64,000 nucleotides of DNA, taken from the NCBI GenBank assembly GCA_951406725.2, contig OX597823.1, positions 88,474,001 through 88,538,000 on the forward strand. Reading direction: 5' to 3'. The notes beneath the pieces were generated by a model, which was not told the origin of the DNA, made no database searches, and was given only the letters and a program-made list of their open reading frames with translations. The translations under genes and the position numbers were made by a program. The stretch is from Octopus vulgaris. Taxonomy: Eukaryota. Each line of letters starts with the position of its first letter. The first letter of the stretch is position 1. This document shows, piece after piece, positions 53,841 to 64,000 of the stretch.

Positions 53841-55919
53841 ATATTGTTATATTTCGGAATGGTCATATTGCCAGTTTAGCCAATAAAAACACACGCACTA
53901 TATATTTGGTGTTATTTTGCTTCAGTGATATTTATTTTTTACATTAATCTTAATCTTATTTCGGCAAAGTTCTTTCGTCACACTCCTGTGACCGCATCAG
54001 TGGTCCTTTGTTTTCTTCTCACTTACTTGTGTCTCTCCTTACTAACCGTCAGCCATTTTGTATTTCTATTGTATGTCTTCATTTGCGCATGCTTATATCT
54101 CTATGTGCGTCTATGTTTATTTAATGTGTGTGTGGGGATGCCTGTAATATTTGTATCTTCTGGTTATATACATTCTTGTAATTTGTATTTTGTTTTTGTT
54201 GTTGTTGCTTTTGTTCTAATTTTGTTCATGTGTTTACATCCACCCATTATTATCATTACATATGCTTGTATGTATGTATAACAACAATATTAGTAATAAT
54301 AATAATAAATCTAATCGAAAAAAAAAAAAAAAGAATATACATATACATATATATATATACATACATATACATATACATATACATATATATACATATATAC
54401 ACACATATATACACATATAGATATTCATTTCTATTTCTTTAATTACCTGTGTATTTATTATGTTTGCAGGATCCACTATTGTCATATGTTGTGGTGTGCG
54501 CTATTGCTCCATTCTAGTTTTCTATTCAGGCTAGGTTTATTTTCTATTATATGTGTAGCTTCTGTAATTTGTCTAATTGTTGCATCTGTTCTATGTGTGG
54601 ACAATATCTTAATCTCTATGTTATTGATTGATCCCCCGTGTTCTTGTTCGGCGTGTTGGTACAGAATCGATGAGCTTTTACCTTCCTTGAGTTGTCTCCA
54701 ATGTTCATTCACCCGCTCACCAATGCTTCTTGCAGTTTCCCCTACGTATGTTACTGTCTTGTTACTGCATCGTCCCTCTATACATCTTATACTATAGACC
54801 ACATTTCTGGCTTTACAGTTCGTTTGTGGGCTAAATCTACATACAGTGCAATAGTTATCCGTACAGAGAGTTCTACTAAAAGGATAGCTTCTACCAATTA
54901 TAGATCTGATAGGGTTGCCTGGCTTTTCAACAACCTTAATTCTTAGTTTAAGTTTATCTAGGGTCCTTCTAAAGCGGTACGCTAGTTCACCTCCAGGAGT
55001 GGTGTCAACGAACATGACACTCTGGTATTTATGGCTATCATACCAAGAGTTGGCCTTCCCTATTTTCTTTTTTGTCCTTTCTATAGTGTTCCATGACTTG
55101 TTCCTATAGAGTGGGCAAATCCCATTCCTATCATTACATAATATATTATCAAATTTCTTCATGGCTCCTTTGTATACAACAATTAGACAAATTACAGAAG
55201 CTACACATATAATAGAAAATAAACCTAGCCTGAATAGAAAACTAGAATGGAGCAATAGCGCACACCACAACATATGACAATAGTGGATCCTGCAAACATA
55301 ATAAATACACAGGTAATTAAAGAAATAGAAATGAATATCTATATGTGTATATATGTGTGTATATATGTATATATATGTATATGTATATGTATATGTATGT
55401 ATATATATATATGTATATGTATATTCTTTTTTTTTTTTCGATTAGATTTATTATTATTATTACTAATATTGTTGTTATACATACATACAAGCATATGTAA
55501 TGATAATAATGGGTGGATGTAAACACATGAACAAAATTAGAACAAAAGCAACAACAACAAAAACAAAATACAAATTACAAGAATGTATATAACCAGAAGA
55601 TACAAATATTACAGGCATCCCCCCCACACACACACTAAATAAACATAGACGCACATAGAGATATAAGCATGCGCAAATGAAGACATACAATAGAAATACA
55701 AAATGGCTGACGGTTAGTAAGGAGAGACACAAGTAAGTGAGAAGAAAACAAAGGACCACTGATGCGGTCACAGGAGTGTGACGAAAGAACTTTGGCCGAA
55801 ATAAGATTAAGATTAATGTAAAAAATAAATATCACTGAAGCAAAATAACACCAAATATATAGTGCGTGTGTTTTTATTGGCTAAACTGGCAATATGACCA
55901 TTCCGAAATATAACAATAT
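53841..55919 (-). mobile_element. 5'-truncated Penelope-like element with inverted pseudo-LTR
   Basis: Near-identical ~742-bp inverted arms (53841-54582 / 55177-55919) around a 594-bp coding spacer; left flank (TA)n; GIY-YIG ORF. Confidence 0.92.
54482..55273 (-). CDS. Penelope-like retroelement ORF C-terminus: Cys-rich linker plus GIY-YIG endonuclease (5'-truncated; first ~32 aa derive from the inverted arm)
   Basis: CTDNYCTVC linker; NVVYSIRC..C..YVGETARSIGERVNEH; HAEQEH (CCHH); RQITEATHI..SLN; uninterrupted frame. Confidence 0.88.
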   Translation of the reverse strand: MLWCALLLHSSFLFRLGLFSIICVASVICLIVVYKGAMKKFDNILCNDRNGICPLYRNKSWNTIERTKKKIGKANSWYDSHKYQSVMFVDTTPGGELAYRFRRTLDKLKLRIKVVEKPGNPIRSIIGRSYPFSRTLCTDNYCTVCRFSPQTNCKARNVVYSIRCIEGRCSNKTVTYVGETARSIGERVNEHWRQLKEGKSSSILYQHAEQEHGGSINNIEIKILSTHRTDATIRQITEATHIIENKPSLNRKLEWSNSAHHNI

Positions 55920-57741
55920 CTGTTTCAACACACGACTTCACATAAAAAATCTTGCACAACAAATATTTAAACGTATATATATATATATATATATATATAC
56001 ACGCATGCATACATTGGTACATGCATATATTACATGTATTTATTGCTCTTTGTGACTTGACAGAAATAAATCTGTAAACGTTACTTTTATTCTTGGACTC
56101 CGGTTTGTATTGCTTTAAAAATAAAACACAAGGAATGTAAATGTTTAATTTTTAACATAAATATCATATATGGTTCTACGAATATCGAGTAAGAGACAAT
56201 GTTTCTTTTTATGTCGGACAGATACGTAGAAAGAGGTGTTTTTATTAGGATATAATAAAAATAAGTTATCTGTATTCTGAAACAAAAGTAACGGTAAGTA
56301 TACTATATTCTCTTCAAATTTGGCTTGGAATTCTTTTTTTTCTGATTTCTAAGAGAAATTAATGAATATAAAATTTTATTTTTACATTTCGTTCAACGAT
56401 AAACTATTTATTGTTGCCTTGTTGCTGTGGTTTTTTTTAAATTCTTTTGTGAACTCTGGTCCAATATCACCAAATTCACTCTAGCGAAAAAAACTTTTAT
56501 GGTTTTCGATCATCTCGGGCTTCATTAACCAACGTGTTTTCCATTCTAATATAAGATATGCTAGGGTGTGATGCTGTAGAGATGTGCATGTTATACCTAG
56601 AATCATGTAGAGACCACACATATTTACAAACAAAAATTGTCCGTGAAACATACGAAGCCTGTTGAAAGGATTTCGATTTCTGATGGCAGTTAATTGCTTC
56701 GATTGGAGACCATAAAAATTAAACGATTATAGTTCATATACTATAAGATATTTAGCATGACAGGTGACATTTTCTCCAGTTCTACCAGCATCTTGGAATC
56801 TGTCCACTTATTCGAGTTGAACAGTTTCCAGTTTGAAAGCTCATTTGGCGTGTACTCTGAGAGAAGCAAGACAGTAAAATGTCGATTTAATATACTGGTG
56901 GTAATGTCTCCTGTATGTTGAATTCTTCAATTAACTGAGATTATCCACAGATTAACCGTATTATTACGAGATAAAGTCTCTGGAGATCGTATAAAATCAA
57001 CAAACACCAAGTAAGGGAGATAATTCCGTATTCTAGGTTGTTTTGTCTTATTTGGACACTTAAGTGCTTCCAAAACATATCAGATGCAATTACGGATACG
57101 AAACAATGGACATAGAAATATGGATTTCAAATAGAAAATGTAGAGAGTTTACACATCCAATTACTTGTCAAAACACCCTGTTGGTGTATTACATCCCAAA
57201 GCAACAAACAAATGATATAACATCATAGGTTACATGGTACCGAAACATTTAGAAATTATATTAAAGATATATTCAGTTCAGTTTAAGACAGGGGTCTACA
57301 TCCCATCTGCTACTTCAGGGACAATGTGTGTGGGGTGGGGGCTACGTGTGCATATATGCGGGCGTGTAATATATGTGCACACAAGGACTTCGAAGCTCTG
57401 TTGCCGACTGACAGTGTTATGAAATGAATGAGAAACATCAGAGTCAAACCGTTCCTATTTAAATATTACAAATACACATAATACTTCTGCAGACATCAGA
57501 AGCGACTAACGGTACAATCTCCTGCAAGATTACCGAGCACGACTAGTTCGGAATATGGACGTTATCCAACTAACCATCCACGAATTATGTTGATGATTAA
57601 GTTCAGTTTCTGGAACATAAACATTATTTTAAAAATCAAATATCTCAAATATAGTTACTGAATTTCCCAAGTTTAACGACGGATTCAGAAAAGTATTTCA
57701 TACGAAGCAAAAGACGAAGACGTACAACAAATTTTCACATT

Positions 57742-57821
57742 TCTATCTCTCTCTCTACCTATCTATCTCTCTATGTACCTATCTATGTGTCTGTTTGTCT
57801 GTATCTGTCTGTATCTCTATC

Positions 57822-57908
<87 letters not shown>

Positions 57909-57929
57909 ATATATACGTATATATGTATG

Positions 57930-57960
<31 letters not shown>

Positions 57961-58091
57961 ATATATATATATATGTATGTATATATATACATATACATAT
58001 GTGTATGTGTGTGTATATATATATGTATATATATATACATACATATATATATATATGTATGTATATATATATACATATACATATATACATA
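57742..58091. repeat. Compound (CT)n(TA)n(TATG)n tract
   Basis: Direct observation. Confidence 0.95.
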
Positions 58092-58330
58092 TTATAGGCT
58101 TTAATGATGTACATGTGTATGTATGTATGTATTTTTGTGAGTATATATGTATACGTGTGTAGATGTGCATTAAAAATATCTTCAGTCAAGATTCAGAAGC
58201 AAACGCTGAAAGAAGCATGCCAGACTTGGCTGAAGATAAAAATATTGGAAATCAATAACTTTGATAATCATTTCATAAGTTGCTGAATTACAGCTAACAG
58301 TGTTGTGGTTTCGGAAAATAAAAGCGGCTC

Positions 58331-58555
58331 TTTTTTTTTTTTATGAAGTGAGTATATACTTAATAAAGTGTACGAGTCTTCACCTATGCTACATCTTTTA
58401 AACTGATCTCAATAAATTCAAAATTACAGCTGAACGTGTTGTGATTCTAGAAAATTTTTTTTTTTTTTTCTGAAGCGAGTATATATTTATTAAAGCGTAC
58501 TAGTCTTCACCTATGCTACATGTTTTAAAATGATCTCACTAAATTCAAGACAACA
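58331..58555 (+). repeat. Local tandem duplication (~95-bp match, ~127-bp period)
   Basis: poly-T-TGAAG.GAGTATATA..AGTCTTCACCTATGCTACAT.TTTTAAA.TGATCTCA.TAAATTCAA occurs twice. Confidence 0.85.
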
Positions 58556-58647
58556 TAAATTCCTGTTGGCAGGTTGTTTACTTTTTTATGTATTTATGGA
58601 GGTTTTCTATTCTTTTGAACTTTGTAAAATTATCTTAAGAACGTATA

Positions 58648-58655
58648 CATAGACG

Positions 58656-58705
<50 letters not shown>

Positions 58706-58899
58706 CACATACATACATACATACATACATACATACATACATACATACATACATACATACATACATACATAGAAACGGACGGACGGACAGACAGAAAGAC
58801 AGACAGGCATCAAACGGACGGACGGGCGGATGGACGGACGGGCGGATGGACGGACGGGCGGATGGATGGACGGACGGACAGATGGATGGATAGACAGGC

Positions 58900-58979
<80 letters not shown>

Positions 58980-59051
58980 GGATGGATGGATGGATGGATG
59001 GATAGACAGACAGACAGACAGACTGACAGACAGACACAGAGACACACAGAC

Positions 59052-59128
<77 letters not shown>

Positions 59129-59132
59129 GATA
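58648..59132. repeat. Compound tetranucleotide array (GATA, CATA, GGAC, GGAT, GACA)
   Basis: Direct observation; explains ORFs at 58607-59305. Confidence 0.95.
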
Positions 59133-59644
59133 ACAAACGCCTGCGAATGACGATGGAAATTATAATCTAAGGAGTGGATAAACAAATAATATAAAAATAA
59201 TTCTACAAGTGAAGCATGTAATGAAAAGACTATAGAAAGTGAAATGATATGAAGCAAACAATGTGTGCAATTAGAATAAACACAACGTATGTTCATATAA
59301 ATCATTGAATGAGATGGAGCGTTTCGGGTTCTTCACTTCATCAGTCAGAAGAAGAGAGACAAGAGAGGAATAAGTAAATGAAAAGCATAATTAAATAATA
59401 TATATGTCTAGTTTCTGTAGAGTGTGGGTTGTATCGGAGACTCAATAATAAAACTTGATGTAGGCAAAAGAATTTGAATTCTCATTTAAATATCTCTTTA
59501 AAACTGTTGCAGTTACTTCAGTGCTGAAATATTTCAGAAAGAATCTTGGCAAAACATTCCTTCGGCATTAAAGCCTTCGTTTAATTGTAAGGTATTTATT
59601 CACACACACATACATGCATGCACATGCATACTGTGAGAGTATTC

Positions 59645-59874
59645 TTTTATTTTTTTATTTGTTTCAATCATTCGACTACGGCCATGCTGGAGCACCGCCT
59701 TAAGTCGAGCAAATCGACCCCAGGACTTATTCTTTGTAAGCCTAGTACTTATTCTTTCGGTTTATCTTGCCGAACCGCTAAGTTACGGGGACGTAACGTA
59801 AACACACCAGCATCGGTTGTCAAGCAATGCTGGGGGGACAAATACAGACACACAAACAAACATACACACACACA

Positions 59875-59931
<57 letters not shown>

Positions 59932-60085
59932 GACGAGCTTCTTTCAGTTTCCGTGTACCAAATCCACTCACAAGGTTTTGGGCGGCCCGAGGCTATAGTA
60001 GAAGACACTTGCCCAAGGTGCCACGCAGTGGTACTGAACCCGGAACCATGTGGTTCGTAAGCAAGCTACTTACCACACAGCCACT
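59645..60085 (-). mobile_element. SINE family A, full length
   Basis: Reverse strand GTGGCTGTGTGGTAAGTAGCTTGC..GGGTTCAGTACC..CCTTGGGCAAGTGTCTT; internal (TA)n(TG)n. Confidence 0.88.
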
Positions 60086-61308
60086 TCTGCCCCTATATTT
60101 ACATCTGTGCGAATATATGACAATCTCTGAATCATGATGCCTTTATTTACAGGTTTCCGACAATTCAACCCACATTGTTCAACGTTTATCAATTGAAAAT
60201 GTAACATGAGTGTGTTAGTAAGTTGATTCGGAACAAACGTCTATAAAGAATATGTTCGAAAACTACTATTTATTTTTTAATCTCCTCAACTAAAGACGTC
60301 CACTTACAAGCACAGAAACAGTTATGTTCAACGAAATTCCACACGTATTCTATGGATCAAGTGAGATGCTGGCTCAATAAGCCACACATTCGAATCGAAT
60401 CTGGAATCCAATAGGTAGTAAGCGACCTTCGTTATACACAGTCACATGTATATGTATCGAATGAATATTTTCATACCGTATCTGGGCGTCTTAATTTATA
60501 ACGAATACTTTATCCAGAGACGCAGAAAACTATTCTAAAAAACAGTTTGAAAATACCACAAATGTACAATCATATTTCATATTTATTTAAATGAAAATCT
60601 TTATTATTGTTCTTAGTCGAAAATAGAGATTAGAGCCGCTCAATCTATATATGGAAAACGAAGACATAAAATCAAAGTTCCTGACATATATTTATGTTCA
60701 TAGTTTGCAATATATTCTGCATGACAGTTTTATGGCGAAATGATCTCTTGAGATCAAAACCAATTCTGTATGGGGAATTGCATCTTTCGTTCGAAGCAAG
60801 GATTAAACTAATGTTTCTATGGAAGAGCAACCAATGTCTTGTTGCAAATTCCCCGTAGAGATTGCTATGAACATACCATCATACTACATATTGTATAAAG
60901 GGAAAAGTTCTTGCATAGAAACAAACTGTGGGTTAATTATAATATAAGTTTTAACTAAAACTTTTTCCTTTGATATAGTATGACAGGCATAATTCATCGA
61001 ATGGTTTCTGAATATTCGTATCGTCGTGCTAAAGGCCGGAATTAATGGATATAGACAACAAAAGCTTGTAAGAATTTGTTCAACAATGCACTGAAGCCAC
61101 TCTTACAAGAATTGACATTACTTATCTTTATCTCACTTCCATAATGTTCTATATTTCAATTTCCAACAATTCGATGGTCTCTCACGAGCAATGAAACTAG
61201 ACTTTTGCGTATAATCTATTTCAGGTATTTCATAGCTAAACTTCGAGAGCCATATTTTAAAAGTGTTTGTGTGAATATACATACACATATACACACAAAT
61301 ATGTGTAT

Positions 61309-61348
<40 letters not shown>

Positions 61349-61350
61349 AT

Positions 61351-61652
61351 AAGAAAATTAAATCGTTTACATTACCGCAAAATATTTGGTCTTTTGCTAC
61401 TGGGAGGCATACAAACTTTTTTACACGTGGCAACGTGACCAAAACTTCTTAGGGAAATATTATAATAAGAGGAAATAGAGTTCAGTTATATTGCTGTCAT
61501 CTTCTCGGGATGTATATTTCTTTTCACAATACTACTCTGATCTAGTATTTACGCTAAACTGTATCGAAGCTCGTTTGCATTTTCCACACATATATGTTCT
61601 TGCTCTGAGAATATGTATGTACGAATGTGTATATGCAAGTAAGCACTATTTC

Positions 61653-61683
<31 letters not shown>

Positions 61684-61688
61684 TGCGT

Positions 61689-61738
<50 letters not shown>

Positions 61739-62073
61739 ACGCAAATATATATATATATATATATATGCAGAAATAGTGCTTACTTGCATATACACATTCG
61801 TACATACATATTCTCAGAGCAAGAACATATATGTGTGGAAAATGCAAACGAGCTTCGATACAGTTTAGCGTAGAAGTACTAGATCAGAGTGGTATTGTGA
61901 AAAGAAATATACATCCCGAGAAGATGACAGCAATAACTGAACTCTATTTCCTCTTATTATAATATTTCCCTAAGAAGTTTTGGTCACGTTGCCACGTGTA
62001 AAAAAGTTTGTATGCCTCCCAGTAGCAAAAGACCAAATATTTTGCGGTACGGTGTAAACGATTTGATTTTCTT
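61351..62073. repeat. ~720-bp near-perfect palindrome centred on (TA)n
   Basis: 61351-61690 is the reverse complement of ~61734-62073 with a few substitutions and indels. Confidence 0.95.
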
Positions 62074-62367
62074 CAGTATTTGATTTTCGTGGTACTTGTT
62101 AATTGTCGAAGACACAATTAAGGTAAATTAATTTACACCATTGAACTTTCAATGTATGTTTACTTTTCGCGTTCATATATAGGACAATACGATGTTTATT
62201 CACATACAACTAAAACTCGCTGGTTATGTAGCTCAGCCTTGCCTTGATGCAGCATATTTTCTCTTGCTGAGGAGTTCAATCAGATTCGTATAAGCTTGAC
62301 AACGATTCAGAGCGATGATGTTTGTGACACGCGAATATTTTGTACCAATTTGTCATGAGTATATACG

Positions 62368-62399
<32 letters not shown>

Positions 62400-62485
62400 T
62401 ATGTATGTATGTATGTATGCATGATGTATGTGTGTACGTATGTATATATATATATATATATATATTAACACAAATGTAAGCGTGC

Positions 62486-62532
<47 letters not shown>

Positions 62533-62573
62533 CATATATGTGCATATATATACATATATATATATATACATAC

Positions 62574-62609
<36 letters not shown>

Positions 62610-62681
62610 TAACACAAATGTAAGCGTGTATATATATATATATATATATACATATATGTGCATATATATACATATATATAC

Positions 62682-62726
<45 letters not shown>

Positions 62727-63394
62727 ATAACTGGTATGCGTTTAAGTGAATTAAAACTCATAACCATCATGTATTATCATAATCAATAAGCTATGCTTTG
62801 ATTAATTACTGTAAGTTTTAATGAAGTGCTGAAATTAAATTCAATAAAATGATAACTAAATAAAAATTCAAATATACTCAACTCGATCTAAATTGTATTT
62901 TAAATTGAAAACTGTGTTCCTAGATTTCCTGTTAAACAGTGAAAATGTGCAACGTTAACGCTTCAAGATGTAATTGATATTAAAACTTATCTAATTCGAT
63001 AATACTTGTATGTCAATAATAACAAAATTAAACTGTGCATTAACTGCTTCCATAATGATTAAGTGGAAAACAAAATGCTATATTTGTAAAACCAAACATT
63101 AAATACGTTTATTATAAAACGATAGTTATATTATTATTCTGTGTATTGTTTCTAAGCCTTAAGTGAAATGTGATTGAGTAAATCCGTGGTTAAAAGCATT
63201 CCTCATGTACCGACGCTCTTCTATCCTCACACAGCGTGGTTCGCTGAAAGTTTTATCAAATAGCTTCTAGCTTTTTTAAATGATTATAAATTATTTCGTT
63301 TTGGGATTTGGTTTGAAAGATTCTTTATATGAGTTAGTGTGTTGAAGCATATTCTGTTGTGTCTGGGGAGAGTCATTTTCTTTTTGTGACTTAT

Positions 63395-63550
63395 AATGTA
63401 ACACACTCACCGGTAAAATTTCTTATTTTTATTTTCCTAAAACTTTGGTTGCGTCTTGCAACTTTTGAAAAGATTGCAATGTGCAACGAAAATTTTAGGA
63501 AAATAAAAATAAGAAACAAGTGGTAATTTTACCGGTGAGTGTGTTACATT
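63395..63550. repeat. ~155-bp imperfect palindrome (foldback)
   Basis: AATGTAACACACTCACCGGTAAAATT / AATTTTACCGGTGAGTGTGTTACATT and TTATTTTTATTTTCCTAAAA / TTTTAGGAAAATAAAAATAA. Confidence 0.85.
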
Positions 63551-64000
63551 TAAAAATACTATTAATGATGATTCGATGTTATATCCCACAATGACCTCTT
63601 GTTAAGGCGATAGCATGATTAACATATAATTAAATATCTTATTGCTATTACTTCCGTTACTAGACTTTGACTGATAATATATATAAGTACGTTCACTGTA
63701 TGGGTAAAATATAATCGATAAGAACGCCAGTCAAAATATTTCAAAAGTGTATAACTTCAGTCTCATCTCTCGTATATTGTATGTCCTCAAAAATATTGCT
63801 ACGATCGATGATAAATAGTTAAAGCGTAATGACAATATTGACAGCTGTTAAACGATTTTTTCCCACAGACATCAAGCACAGCTATAAAACAGACGTATTT
63901 TGTGTGAATTATTAGCTATATATCTGAGAATGTGCGTATTTATGTGTTTGTGTGTGTGTACTTGTCTGTCTTTCTGTGTGTTTGTGCCAATAATACAATT

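Noticed and set aside
54486-54797. Plus-strand ORF sharing its N-terminus with the GIY-YIG ORF, and the mirrored ORFs 54234-54485 / 55274-55522
   Set aside because: Artefacts of the inverted repeat (antisense or UTR translation).
55677-55712. SECIS-like ATGA...TGAC in the Penelope 3' arm
   Set aside because: Only ~6 imperfect base pairs above the putative quartet, and no in-frame TGA in the retained ORF.
59315-59347. Minus-strand CTGATGA-AGTGAAGAACCC-GAAAC
   Set aside because: Core boxes are present but stems I-III do not pair convincingly; at best a dead HHR.

Overview
Eukaryotic, AT-rich, repeat-dense non-coding DNA; the extreme (TA)n/(CA)n/(GATA)n load and the tRNA-derived SINE families suggest an octopus or other cephalopod genome (inference). 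No host exon is recognisable, and almost all listed ORFs are microsatellite artefacts. The only substantial coding sequence is a 5'-truncated Penelope-like retroelement ORF (GIY-YIG endonuclease) inside a 2.1-kb structure with ~742-bp inverted arms (53841-55919). Other mobile DNA: many SINEs, mariner/Tc1/hAT fossils, a non-autonomous Helitron, a TIR MITE and an R4/Dong-like LINE end. The main signal outside the ORF track is a set of type I hammerhead ribozyme (HHR) motifs from several unrelated non-coding elements: a ~497-bp terminally redundant retrozyme-like unit whose HHR has a very long stem II (4896-5510), two short head-to-head inverted HHR pairs (49.8-50.3 kb, 52.3-52.8 kb), a recurrent U4C core variant, and a possible tRNA-head/HHR-tail chimeric SINE. 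All folds were deduced by eye and none was computed.
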